A stretch of 63,176 nt of DNA, filler included, from Intoshia linei (lineage: Eukaryota; Animalia; Orthonectida): the NCBI GenBank assembly GCA_001642005.1. It is 4 parts of 4 records of this genome, joined end to end, with 100 filler letters (N's around TTAATTAATTAA, not from the genome) between each part and the next. Parts side by side here need not be neighbours in the genome. Positions count along the whole stretch, not along the records: positions 1 to 22,749 come from LWCA01000593.1; 3 more parts are not named here. One strand, given 5' to 3'. Both the position numbers and the translations under genes were made by a program. This document shows, piece by piece, positions 1-13,845 of this stretch (the first letter of the stretch is position 1; each line of letters opens with the position of its first letter). The notes under the pieces are model-generated. The model was not told the origin of the DNA. It saw only the letters and a program-made list of their open reading frames with translations, and searched no databases.

Positions 1-1038
1 GAGTTATACTCAGAACAGCTCTAGAAAATAGAAATTCTAGCTGCGCTGAAATCTTTAGAAAATTACAAACTTAAAATGTTAATGTGTCAAGGTTAACTGT
101 TAATCGTAAACTATTGGAGGCAGGTTACAGATCTTATCGAACAACAAGAAAACCCCTCCTTACTTAAAGAATGAAAAAGACAAGATTTTTGTGGGCAAAA
201 CGTCATGAAAATTGGAATGAACATAAATGGAATGAGGTTATTTATTAATAAGTAAAATAAATTGTATTATATTATATTCATTAATTTTGTACTAATTAAT
301 AAAAAACCAATTAATTTGTAATTTTATAGGTTATTTTTTCAGACGAATCAATGATTTGTGTGATGGGCAACCAATGTAAAAATATGCGCAAAAGATCATG
401 CGAATCATCAAGGCCAGAATGCATCATACAAACAGTAAAATTTCCAACAAAAGTAATGGTTTGGGGGGCTATATCTTCTGTGGGAATGGGTGAATTACAG
501 ATTTGTGAAGGTATAATGAACCAGTATACCTATAAAAATTTATTACACAATTTTTTTGATGAAATGACACAACGGCACATTGATCAGGAGTATATATTCT
601 AACATGATTCCGCTTCATGTCACAAAGCCAAATCTGTAACTTCATATTTGCAAAATAAAGGGATTACCGTTCTTGAATGGCCCGGAAATTCCATAGATAT
701 GAATCCAATCGAAAATGTGTGGGCAAAATTGAAAGAGGAAGTACATAGAATTCCAATAAGATCAAAATCGGAACTGATTATTCACCTACATACAGTATGG
801 AACAATTCTCTTATTTTGAAAAAACTGGCAAAAGACTTTATTAATAGTATGCCACGGAGAATTATTGCTCTCATACATGCTAAAGGAGGGATTACAAAAT
901 ATTAATTAATTCGAATTAAACATAAATATATGTGTAACTTATTTTCAAAATTTTATTTAATTTCATCTACTCATTAGTGAATTAGTAACCACAGAATATG
1001 TAAAAAGCAATTATTATAATCTATTGAACAACACTGTA
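1..1038 (+). mobile_element. Tc1-family (DD34E) DNA transposon, 5' end outside window, transposase pseudogenised
   Basis: Spliced translation gives KPLLT*..RFLWAK..W..VIFSDES..VMVWG..F*HDSASCH..LEWPGNSIDMNPIENVW..SMPRRI..GGITKY, with D-34-E spacing. In-frame TAA at ~166 and 600-602; GT-AG intron 237-329; right end CAACACTG|TA at 1036-1038. Confidence 0.9.
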
Positions 1039-1199
1039 CATACTTCTATATTATAGACATTCATATCAGCGCAATTTATAGAAATTGTTATGAGAATTTT
1101 ACTATATTTTTTTATGTATAACAATGATATTTACTATATGAAATAATAATATTCAATTATTCAAATTTTGAAGTGCTTAGGCCCAAGTTTTTTTTTATC

Positions 1200-2520
1200 C
1201 TTTTTTAATTGTGCAGTGCACAATGTGCACTTCTCAAGCGGCTCTTTAATGTGTGTGGTGTCCTATTGTCTTTTCAAAAAAAAATCGAATTTACACCTAT
1301 CCCGGAAACTCCAAACTGAAAATCTGGAAATAGTTATCAAAAATATGATTTCGATGACCACTTCTTATTAATTAGATTTATAGATTTATAGTTAGTTTAA
1401 TGTACAAAAAAATACTAATATCCAGCTTCACAATCTTTACATGAATTGATATTGTTAATGACCACATCATATGTTCCAGCTATGCAAGGTTTTTGACAAT
1501 TTGAATATTTGTACAAATTAATAAGAATAATCAATGTAAATGTATATTTCATTGGATAAACGTATTTATAATTTTGTCATGTATTTTATTTTTTTATTAA
1601 AATGTAAAAAAAATTTATATTAATGTTATTGTATCAATTTAAAATATTAGATTTAAATACACTTGGAGATTTTAAATAAGATAGATGTTTTGCTTTATTA
1701 AATTTTATAAAATAACAATGCATGTTTTCTCGTTTCCAGTTTTAATATTTAGCGGTACATTGTTATTTGTTTACTTTTAGCTAACATCTAAGTTTCAGTT
1801 TGTAGTGTCTAATTAACAAAATTAACGTTTCTATAAATTAACTTTTGTACAATGTTGCAATGTCTTCATTTTAAAATGTTGAATTGTATGTTTAAAAAGC
1901 ATAATCTATAATATATTTTCATTCCATTTATATTATACATGTGTGTGATAATGTTCTTTGTATATTTTTAAATAATTTGTATGAAAATATATAGTTTGAA
2001 TTCGATTAAACAACAGAATGAATAGATGAACCAAACATTTTTTGTAATTATTATATAGGCGGTACAATTTTTATCTTTCTCGTGATCACAATATTTTATT
2101 TACGTGTCTGAGTGTAATGTTTACTAAAATTATCATTTTCAATACGTCATATTTATGTTAGTCTAATATACTTACAATTTTACAATACTTACTCAAAATC
2201 CGGTACTCCATTTTAAAGTCTTCTATGTTGACAGAATTCCCTGTATTCTGTTTTATCGACATGAACGATTTGACAATTTCAAATAATGATTTGTCAAAAT
2301 ATAAAGCCCTAATATAATGAAACACAATTAAAAGTACATGAAACTATCCAATCCGCTTAAATATTATATTGACATTGTATCAATTTTTAGACCATTCATC
2401 TACAGTGTAGTATGTTTAATCTGACATGTATCAGTTGATAATATTGTCACTTACTAATCGAGCTAGAATTTTCATTTTAAAAAATTTTTCATCTGAATCA
2501 CTTGATAAAAATTAGAAATG
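1200..2520 (-). pseudogene. Possible degenerate extracellular protein with a Cys-rich module (NCD3G or ephrin-receptor-like pattern)
   Basis: Minus strand ~1510-1415 reads KYSNCQKPCIAGTYDVVINNINSCKDCEAGY*. EKCTLC lies at ~1230 and an exon-like AG..GT block at ~2190-2310. Several in-frame stops. Confidence 0.3.
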
Positions 2521-4625
2521 TTAACATGTATGAAAATAAAGAAATTAATAAATAAAAATAATGACGAAAAGATTTATTTTCATCATGCCCCGAAGGAAAG
2601 CAAAAAAACTTTGAAATTTAATAGATGTTTACTAAATAAAAAGGATATAGTCAATATTTCAAAATCTTTAATCGAAATTAAAAAGACTCACGAAACTTAG
2701 AAGTTAGAATTTACCACAAAAACTACTAATAGAATTAAAGCCAAGACTGTACTATTGTATTTTCTAGTATCAACAATGTTCCCATTGACCCTTGCATGGT
2801 AAACTTCTGAAAAAGAACAATAAATCAAATAAATAGTGAGGCCCGAGGTCACTAAAGTGTAAACAATGTTATAAGAGTGACAGTTTTTCAGGTTTGATTT
2901 TGATGATTTTCTTTTCATTTGATTTCCAAAATTTTTGTATGTTGTCATAGTTTTAATTCATTTACTTTAATAATGTAATTTATTATGTAATTAATCAACC
3001 ATAAAAATATGGTTGAATATGATGATTACATTCCAAATTACATTAAATTTAAATTGACTGTTGTCTGAATTTATAAATTACATGAATAAATTTGTATTTT
3101 GTGATTTTAAAACAATATTGATATTGTGAGTCACAATTACAATATAATTAAATTTTGTATGACAGAAGTTTAACATGAATCTATAGTAGAACATTTACAT
3201 TTTATAAAACATTATAAGGACACCGCTCCAGTTAAGAAAATATTTTATAATGTTACATTTTAAGCATTTTTTAAGATTGTATAAAACCTTACTGGTGTAT
3301 AGAGTAGGATAATACTCCCATATTTATGTACTATTATATAAGGACTAATATTTTTACTGTTTGATGATAATTCTTTCGTTAATATCGAAAAACTGTGGAT
3401 CTTCATTATTCTGCAAAAGACACACAGATTTTGTTAATTACTAATCAATGATAAGTAAATCAAAAAATAAAAAATTAACAAAATGTATGTATTATTAAAA
3501 GCACTTCACAGTTATAAATATAAAATTGAAAACTTTTTTCATACAAAATAACAGCACGCAGTTAAAACTTTAATTAGATTACACTCTTTGTATTTTTTTA
3601 ATAATTACAATTAAAAACAAGCGATTCAGATGAAATTTCACATATTTGAATGCGACAATTGAAACATACAAAATGTAATATATATATTTTATAATTTGAT
3701 AGCATTATCATAATAATCATGAAACATGCCAATTAACAGATGAAATAACGAATTATTTGACACACAATAAAACGTTAGTGATTCTATTGGTTATAAACAT
3801 AACAGCAAATGTTGTGTTCATTGAAGCGGATATTAGCGTGATAGTTTAATTGTAGTTATTAATCATGACTAGAAATCATTATTATAAATATTTTGCAGAG
3901 TTAGCATCATTTTTGTTTAAAAAATAAATATTTACTAAAATTTTTATTACGCATTCAAAAGAAAAAAGAATTCAGGAATAATTGTTGGTATAACTATTCA
4001 GAATTAACCAGTCATAATTTCAATTACCAAATACAAAGGCTACCGGTTAATAATTCAGAAAGCACCAATGTCCCCACAAAATGATATTATTAATGATCAC
4101 CAATACATACATATGTTCGTAATGTGTTAGTATACAATTTACCACTTACCTCTAATAGATACAGTCATATGCAAGGGTCTCCGTAACTATGCCTAATAAT
4201 TGTAACACATCATTTAATGTGGCACCATTAAAAATACTGCTCACACCAAAAATGTAACAGTAACAGTATATCAAAATAAAAGCATTGCTAAAATGAAATC
4301 ACAAATGAACCCTTATACCAAAAATTCGCTCAAATAATCTGGACCTGTTTGAATAATGTTGTCATTCATTGATGTAGTCTTAAAAATAAATCTAATCATG
4401 TCATTCTTTCTAAATTTTAGATTCTAAAACAATTTTATTGATTTTATTGTCAGTTTAAAGTCCATTTTATCGGTGTATTATTTATATTTTACTTGCTTAT
4501 TGAAATAAACACTTTAAGACATTTAATTTTATATGTGTAAAGATTCCACAGTTGAAGTATCATAAATTTTATCACAAATCGACAAGCTGGAGTGAACGAA
4601 AACAGAATAAATGAAAAAAATGTAT

Positions 4626-7199
4626 TTATCTAAAGTAGGGCAAGTTTAACAATTGTTTAGCTGGTTTTCTTTTTTGTGGGTCTAGGATAATGAGATTCTT
4701 GATTAGTTCCACAATCTTGACATTTGGTATACTCTTTGTCATTATAAGATCAATTTCACATTTTCCCGTCATTTTTCGAACTCTGGGGTATCCAGGTAAT
4801 TTAGTTACTCCAGGCCAACTTGATTCATTTATTGGTCCAAGAATTTGACACATCAATTGTAATAATTTGTCAATATCTTTTTCGGGAAACAAGTAATACA
4901 TGGTAACAATTTTGTAAATTAATATTCCTAAAGACCAAAGGTCAATTGTTTCATCAAAATTAGATTTTTCAAGCAAAAGTTCTGGAGCCTGATATATCCG
5001 AGTTCCAATGCGTATTGGATCGCTATGTTTCTTGTCTTTCACCACAGGCCTATATTATTTATGAATATAAAATACATACAATAAACTCTCAAAAAGCGAC
5101 CTCTTTATTTACCAAAGTAAAAATAACGATGTGTCTATTGTTATACTATTAATTAACCCTTTGACACTAAATTGTCATATATGATACTTTTTTATGAGCT
5201 CTATCATCGTTTAAAAAGAGCTATATTTCTCAAATACTAACTTATTCATTAAAGCCGGGGTCATATATTTTTTTGTATTATACTTCGAAAATCTTGTTTA
5301 TATAAATCTTAAAAAAAAATTTTTACTAATACCACTTTATTAACGAATTATTAAATTGAATTGCTATCAAAAATGTTTTTAAAATAATTTAATCAATTTT
5401 ATATTAATATAATTTTAAAAATAATCGAGGCCACATATGAAGAAAACTATATAATATACTTTTCTATTCTCGGTTATCATTAATTTTGTGAAGGGTTTTA
5501 AAAAGTAGTAACTTTTCCAGAGTCGACTCAGTTATATACAATATGGGCTACTGTATTACATTTCAAAAACAATATATACAATATGTAATAAGAATTATTT
5601 TGAATTACCTACAATGACCGAAATCACAAATCTTTACGACAAAATCCATGCTAATGAGAATATTTTCTATTTTGATGTCGCCGTGCATGTACTATTTAAA
5701 TATATGAATTATTATATAATAAAAATAGCTTGAATGTTGCGTACTTTGTAGTTCGCCAAGGGCGGATTTTTCAATTCTAGCAAAAAAATAAATTTAATAA
5801 AAAACCAACATTTGAGGAAGAACTCCATCTTTTCCAATATTTATATTGTATTTTAATTTTATACAAGTAGAAATGTTATTATAGATTTGAATTTGCACAT
5901 CAATAATAATTGCTATTAATAGTGTGACTAATATGGCTTTATAACATTTGTCTGACGCGAGGTGAATAAGGTTGGGAAGGTCTGCTCTAGTGTATAATCT
6001 TACACTATTAAAAAGAATGTAAGAACTGTAATATTATAGTTAACACCTGAAAAAGGTGATAAATATCAATAATTCCAGAAAAATAAAATTGTAAATACCC
6101 ATGTATAACAATCATAATTTGAAATAACGAAAAATCGGATTTTTGGAGTATTATTAAAATAATACTTGATTTATTTGTAATATTCCCAAATTTATGAAGA
6201 AAAAAACTTGCATAACTTTAATGTCCGTAAATTAACTTAACGTGAAAAAAAGTGGTTTTCAATTGGCTTAAGGCACAGCCAAACATACTGCTATATATAC
6301 CATGTTCGAAACTGCTCAAAAAATGAAAAATATGATCTAAAATGTTCGCAAACGATTCTTAACCCATATCCCTCTCGACGGGTCTGGGTTCAGACTTTGG
6401 ACTCGATAATTTAAATTTGACACAAAAAATAATTATGAATCATAACTTAAGTAAAAATATTTTTTTTTGAAATGGGGCCATCATTTAAGAAAAATTTGAC
6501 CACTGCATTGTACGAAATGTAAATGAAATAGTAATAACAATATTTTGACATATTTTTGCCTCTTAGCAGTTAAGAGGTTTTTAATGAAAATTTTCAGTGA
6601 CAATAAAATAATACAGCTTGAGAATCTTCATTTTTTTTAATTACCTTTTTTGCATGCATATATGTAAGTCCCACAATAATTTGCTTAATAAATATCTTTT
6701 TTAGACCATGCGATACAATGAGAGAATTATCTAGAAAGTGCTTTAAATCAACTTTAGCTAATTCCATGAATACATTGACGATTAATTTATCATATTCTAA
6801 ATTTACATATAAACAATAATTTGATTATAAAGGTATTCAAAGAATAAATATTGATTATAATCACTATGATTTTTTTATTAATCGTACCGGTTCTAAATTG
6901 GTAAGCTATCATTTTTATTAAATACTTGTGTTTTAATGTTTTAAGTGCGTCTAATTCGAATGATGCTGATTGTGGAACCTTTAAATTGTACATTATTTTT
7001 AAATTAGACGCTATTTTACCTTGTTTCCTTTGACAATAGATTGCTTGCACGCATATAATTTACCATTCCATCTTATTTTATAAACAGTACTAGAAATATA
7101 AATATTTTGAAAATATAGATTATACCCAAATGCTCCTCGACTCATTATAGATTTTTTTTCAAATTCACTGACGTCATCGTAATCCGACGATTTCATCAT
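4626..7199 (-). CDS. Divergent CDK-like (CMGC) Ser/Thr protein kinase, 6 exons
   Basis: Phase-compatible exons: SRGAFG|TVYK..YACK..GNK|VPQSASFELDAL..|..FMELAKVDL..YMHAKK|YMHGDIKIENIL..KICDFGHCR|..GTRIYQAPELLL..IDLWSLG..LGPINESSWPGV..LDPQKR..PYFR*. The Lys, alphaC Glu, HxD and DFG catalytic residues are present. Confidence 0.85.
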
Positions 7200-8099
7200 T
7201 TTTTGATAAAAAAATATCAACCAGTTTTTCGGAATTTTCGTAAATGAATAATTTTAATCATCACTAATGATGAATGGTAATTATCAGTACATATTATTAT
7301 TAATTTAGCTCATGTTGGTACCAGATGTATTAATGTTTATAAACAAAATATTAGCAACGTAAACAAATTTAGTCAATTTTAATTAATACACTAATTAGTG
7401 TCACATACTATTATTTTAGCACTTCATTACAGTGTACTGCTTCACGTCATAGCAATGAGAAAGTTAATTACATTTATCGACGCTTTTAGTGGTCAAAATT
7501 AAGAATTCGTACATGTTGATCAAAATATATAAAATTTGATTTGCTTATTATATTATTGTATTTTGCTATAATTAATATAAATATTTAATAATCCTTATAG
7601 TGATCAAGAATTTGGCTACAGTGATATAAAACTGCAAAAAAGTAGTTAAGTATTGTACAATGTACAAAGTACTTGAAAATAAAATAATTATCCTTACTTA
7701 TTTCGGATAAATAATACATTGACAATGTAATATTCGTCAATCATTGATAACCACTATGCTAAAATTTACTATAAGATACATGTACCGGCGCGTAAAATAT
7801 TTTTACAATTTCAACACTCCAAAGATGTTTATAAAATTTATCCAAAATTTATATAATTCATTCCTTCGCAATTTTCAAAACATTTTGTATGAAATTGAAA
7901 TTAAAACTAAACAACGACTATTAAAAGTAATACAACTTTGTTATTATCATTTTTATATTAGTAGCGTAATCGGGTGTATAACTCATAAAAATGAAGTTAT
8001 AAATACATTTGGTAACAAGATAATGATATTAAGTACTAGCAGTAACTTCAATAGTGTACTACTAGAAACTTATATATCAAACATTATATTTCATGTAAA

Positions 8100-8700
8100 A
8101 AATGAATTAACATAATATATTCATTCTAGAGTGAAGTGAGTTTAACGATAGTTACTCTAAAGTTGCTTTATCTTTACTATATTTTTTACAATTTTTTGCA
8201 ATATTGGTAAAATTCGCCTGAAATACATGTTTGTTTGTATGTTTATAAAGTACTAAATTGATACTGAATATATATTATCACATTGATATTGACAAATTAT
8301 GTTTTTATAATTTATTTTTTCTAGAATTTATACTATTTATGACAATTTTTAGGATTGGACTGTTTTTACTTTATTTTGAATATTATACACACATTCTATC
8401 TAATAAATTAAAAAAATGGGATAACAATTGTTTTTAAAATTCTTTACGAATGTTAACAAACAAAAAATTAAAATAAAATAATTCACTATAGTAAAAAGTA
8501 ATATGATATGATGGTTCCACCTGAAACAAGTTTGGGAACCACTTTTTTAAAATATTGATAATAGTGAATAGTAGGACTTTGAAGTTAGATTTTCAACGAG
8601 AATTTATTTTTTTGGTAGAATAAAAATATGCCTAAAAATGGCAGTTAATAAAATGTGAATGTTTTAATTAATTAGAACACACACACACACAGAGACACAC
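8100..8700. repeat. Partial copy of the dispersed Helitron-like family
   Basis: Shares GGTTCCACCTGAAACAAGTTTGGGAACCAC and TTATACACACATTCT blocks with 47270-47600 and (reverse) 20610-20960. Confidence 0.7.
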
Positions 8701-9049
8701 AAACAAAAATCGCGTAGCCGTTTACATAAGTTAGGATTATGTCATGTGTGACGTTTTTACCATAAACAAATACATCCAAGTGCTGAAATTATTTATCAAT
8801 TCAAAACAGCTATTCAACATTAATACTAATCATAATAATAATAAGAGGTTTTTTCATAAGAGGTTTTTCTCATAAAATTTCGTAAAGTCGGATTTTTCCA
8901 AAAACTATTGGAAAAAGTTGATTTTTTATTTGGTTTGATTGAGATTTTTTTCATAAATCAAGAAGTACTGCAATTTCAAACTAAAATTTTATTTATCAGA
9001 ATTAACTTAATTTATAATTTGTTAATTTGATGCTTGTTAGGGGTGTTTT

Positions 9050-9304
9050 TTACATAAATATAACTAATCGATTAATATTGTTTTGTTGAGTCGTATTCTT
9101 AAAGTACCACATTAGTTCATGTCGATCTTGTTTTATTATTTTTGTAAATATGTCAGAAACAGCAGAAAATCCTTCTTCTACCAGCCAGGTAGATGAAAAA
9201 GATGTAATTATATGAAAATAATTGAAAATATTAAAGAATTTTATTGTTATCTTGAAATTTGGCTGTGGACTACTGGTCCACATGAACCACGTTGGCCATC
9301 ACTG
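9050..9304 (-). mobile_element. hAT (Buster/Charlie-like) remnant with dimerisation-domain fragment
   Basis: FSSTWLVEEGFSAVSDIFTK resembles the hAT C-terminal FxSTYLCExGFS motif; CAGTGATGGCCAAC terminus at ~9304. Confidence 0.6.
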
Positions 9305-10978
9305 GTCTAGGCTTTGGATGAATTGCCAACACCTTGAAACTCTATAATAAATATTAAAAATAAAAAAAAGTTGATTAAAATTTTTCTATATTTTGTTTGA
9401 ATGTTACGAACCCCAAGGAATATAATTTAGGACCTCAATCAGGAACCACTGTTTTAATGTATACATTATTTATAAAAAAAAGTAATGATTCATGGTACAA
9501 AACAAATACTATACATATATAATACACAATAATACATAATCAACACGTTTTTACTATATCTATTGAATTTAGATGTAAATGCGTTCGAAGCGTAAGTTGA
9601 GTTTGTAATTATAATTACAAAGCTTTTAGTATCCCAATTACTGTATTAAATAGTTTACTAAAACATTTAAGAGTATATTATCTGATATTCAATATATCAA
9701 AATTTTGTGACACAATACACCATATTAATAAATCACACACATGTTAATTTTACTGATACTGTACATTATTGACAATCTATATTGTAAATATTAAACAATT
9801 ATATTGATAAATTTTTTGAATTCAATTTTTTACACTATAATTTAATATAATATGAAGTACGTATTTTGTGATATGAAAAATAAATAAATATTTAATCGAG
9901 CCCAACAAAACATTATGTAATTCAATAGTAAAACAAAAAATAAATTCATTGATTCATTCAATGTAAACATGTCAATAAATAAATAATATTCACAATTTTA
10001 TATAATTTAAATTAATATCGATTATTATATTTCATCTTAAGTAATATTATTACTATCCCACAAATTGAGTGTTATGTAGATCATCTTGAGTGTTTTTGAT
10101 TATAGATTATAGATAGAATTTAGACTAAAATTAATTAGATACTCCAACTCGACATGTTGAAATTACGTCAATATTTATAGATATTTGTTAATAGTGTAAT
10201 TTTTTCAATTAATATTACTGCCATATTAAACAATCCCACTTTAAGGTCTGTAAATCATCAATACTTTTTATAATTGTTCACAGCATTGCATTTTTATATT
10301 TTATATATAATTTTCACTTTATTTAGCGTTAATTGTCATTTCAATAATTTTAATGTGCTAATATACTCGAAATACACAAATTAAGGTATTTTTTATGTAA
10401 AATTTAAAAGTACAGTTTAAAATGTATATAATGAATCCCATCAATAATAAATTTCTATGATAATGCACCAGTTTTAGTCCAAATTGAAATCTTCTGTAGT
10501 TAATTTTTTATACATTCATTAATTTTCGCAATTTTGAAATCATTAATGCGAAAAATAAATGAATATTTGTTTATTCGGAATCAAGGTATGAAAAAAATTA
10601 TTATTAAAATTTGTCAATTTTTTGTTAATTTAATAATATTTTTATATAATATTTATATTTAATTTACTTACACTGTTAATAACTATCTTTGGTCAATTTT
10701 TAGAGGAGTAATTTTATAAAAAAAATTAGAAAATGTGGTGTACTATCTAAAATATAATAGGGATAATTGATTAACTCAACTAAACTAAGTGTTTAAGAAA
10801 AATGATAAAATAATTAACAAAAAGGTGTCGTATCTATCTCTGTAACAACCATAATATTGTGAAATATCAAATTCAGGGCATTTAACCGGTTTCAACTTGA
10901 TTTGTTGCACCAATTATGCAGTGCAAAAGAGTCAACAAATTAATACATGTATAAGTAATGTAAACCATGTATTATGAC

Positions 10979-11738
10979 TAGGGTAAACTTTTTATAACCT
11001 ATAAAATTAAATTTGTAATTCATTATATTTGTAATGTCATTGGTTTTCAACCTTTTTTCTATGTAATGAAGAATTTTGCATGGACCTGGAACAAAATTTA
11101 AATTTTGTAATGTTTCAAATGCTTTATTAATGTTAAATGAGTCTTTTGCCAATTTAATCACATCTATTACACTGTTCAACAATTTGAGATTTTTTTTCGA
11201 CCTCCCGGGATATTTTTATTTAGAATGAAAGACATTTTGACAAAACTAATATTAAAAAAAAATTAGAAATTTTTATAGAGTACTTTAATAATTAAAAGGG
11301 CGTATTACTCCAAAAAATCAATAAATAATAATCATTATTTTGATTATATATTGTTTTATGTAATTTTTTCAATTAAAATAAATTGTCTATTACAGTATTT
11401 CCGTGATGCTGAATTTTTACCCACTCTTAAAAACACAAAATGTCCATGGTACCACTAAAATAATGCATGATAAAGTTTTAGAATATTGCTGATTTTTTGG
11501 CATACTTATATATCAATAGTACAAAAAGTAACATAATATTACTTTTATAACAAATCGTAATCAGTAAAATTCAAAATAAAATGCACGTGTAACAATTAAA
11601 TATTTCAAAATGTAACTTTATTAACTTTATTAACCTATAAATTTTTTAATTAGTCAATTAATATAGATAATTTTGGTACCACCATGTTTGAAATTTGAAA
11701 CTAATTAACATATCAAAAATTAACTTTTGCTTGCTCTA
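10979..11738 (-). mobile_element. Non-autonomous hAT element (TAGGGCAA-type ends), copy 1
   Basis: TAGGGTAA...TTGCTCTA ends flanked by a perfect 8-bp TSD ATTATGAC (10971-10978 and 11739-11746); internal homology to 20974-22212. Confidence 0.88.
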
Positions 11739-12199
11739 ATTATGACATAATAATTATTTCATGATATGCTCAGTAAGCATTGCTTACTTTCAGGTAACTT
11801 ATCCTTTTAAACGAAAAACCAAATTTGTTTGGCTTCTAAGTTAATAATTTTTTAAATTAATAACTGAAACTGGTGGATCAGTGTTAATATTACTATTTTA
11901 TTGTGACTGTTTTTGATGCATCAAATGAAAGTCACTAATACTATCAAATACATAAGAAAAACAATTATGAAACGTTGATAGATAAATCTACAAAAAATAT
12001 AGCACATACGCAGTATGGTGTATTCTATTAGAATCTAATAATAATCTAATAATTAAATAAATAAAAATATCTATATTATTGATTCTGATTTTTCACGATA
12101 CATTTTGTTTACAATTCATTCAAAATTCAATACTGTTCAAGTACTATTATGATATTATGCACATTACTGACAATTCGTTTTAAAAATAATAATTAGCAC

Positions 12200-12480
12200 C
12201 AGTATTTAATGAAATAGTTAAAAATTAACAAGAGAGCCGAACCTCTCGTTTCGAGGTTCATTAAGGTATCGGTAACTTTGACAATATTATAGTAATATAG
12301 TGCTTTGTTTTTTCAATTTGAACATTTATTAAAAAAGTATTTATTACAAATTTTGTAAATTAATATTCCTAACAACCAAAGGTCTATCATTTCATCTAAA
12401 ATGAATTATTCAAGCAAAAGTTTTTGAGACTGGTATATGCGAGTTGTAATATGTATTTTTATGAATGGTGTTTCAAATGT
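12200..12480 (-). pseudogene. Degenerate duplicate of the last exon of the CDK-like kinase
   Basis: 12361-12450 aligns by eye with 4920-5010. It reads ITTRIYQSQKLLLE*FILDEMIDLWLLGILIYKI versus IGTRIYQAPELLLEKSNFDETIDLWSLGILIYKI, with an in-frame stop. Confidence 0.8.
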
Positions 12481-13718
12481 AAATTTTCAAGTTTATACAA
12501 GTGGAGAGGTAGCTATGGAGATAGGACTAATACCTACTCACTTATTAGTAGATCCGAATCTATCCCACTGGAGGTCACCCGAAAATTAAAAATAATTTCC
12601 TCTAAAAAAAATCGCGTCGTATCTGTGTTATATAATATATACACATATATAACTTCTTTCCACATTTCTAACGATCTTGAATAGACATTTTAAATGTAAC
12701 ACAAAATAGATCTGATATTCAAGAATACATTTTTAATTTAATTTTTTTAATGCTCAATTTGTAAAAATGACGCCACCATTTTACAAAAAATTTCATTAAG
12801 CAACTCTGAAGCGTCAATTCTTTATCCTAATTTTGATCAGTAAAATCAACGCAATCTTCGCCAACATTTTTCAAAATAAATAACTGAAATTTTTTCATGT
12901 CTTGGTCTTTTCTATTATACACATTTGGCGATCCGCACTAGTAAAATTATTCGATAAAACTGTATTAACTTGTAAAACTTTATTAACACACCTTTTGCAA
13001 TATTTTTATCATTGAAAAGTTTCATAATAATACTACTTTTTAAAAAAAATTTGTTAGGGCAGCCATAACGCAGTTGAGGAATCTTAAACTTAATTTAACA
13101 TGTTTCAAAGTTTTCAATGTCGTTTACAATGTGATAATTACATCCTGATGAAAATGCTTCTTTTTCATTACGTAGAAGTCGATATATAATGTAATTAAAT
13201 TTATAATACAATATTCACTTTAATTTAATTTTTGTGTAATTTCCAAATATGCCTCATGTACTATAGTTATTTTGTATGTAAGAAACATTTGTAAATTTTG
13301 CTATAGCATCAGTTTACTGGTATCTCCATTTTTAAAAACTTGTAAATTAATAAACTTTCTCAAAAATGTATTAAATCTTGTTATATCCGTTTTGATGGGA
13401 TTTGTAAAGGCTTTAATTGAAAATTTAAAGATATGAATGTAGCGTTGTTACCTAGTAACAATACTATTCCTAGTGTGCTTTGGTAGTGCTGTGTATTCCA
13501 ATACCATATAAGATATTTACTTCACAAATATTGACTGCTTGATAGTAGCAATGTTTAGTGTACAGTCCTTATCATTATATTCTATGTATATTATGGGATT
13601 CACAGCCAGTCCTTTTGGTCAAATATCCTCTTCACATTACAATGAAGATATTAAATATAAGAAAAAATAATGTAATTAAGACTAAAGTAGGTAACAAATA
13701 TACAAAATTATATGTAAA

Positions 13719-13845
13719 GTGGCCAGAAAAATACGTACCATTACTTTTAGTTTATTTTGAATAAATTTTAAGCCGAAAAGTTTTATTCGTCATCATATAT
13801 AAGTAGTTTTGGCTTTACATTTAACACCAAATAAACTAAAATTTA
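13719..13845. mobile_element. Truncated copy of the TAGTGTGGCCA MITE
   Basis: GTGGCCAGAAAAA..CTTTTAGTTTATTT..AAGCCGAAA..GGCTTTACATTT matches 26776-26934. Confidence 0.7.

Noticed and set aside
2400-4400. Frequent in-frame stops suggesting an alternative genetic code
   Set aside because: All intact genes in the window translate cleanly with the standard code and end in TAA, TAG or TGA; the stops reflect decay or non-coding DNA.
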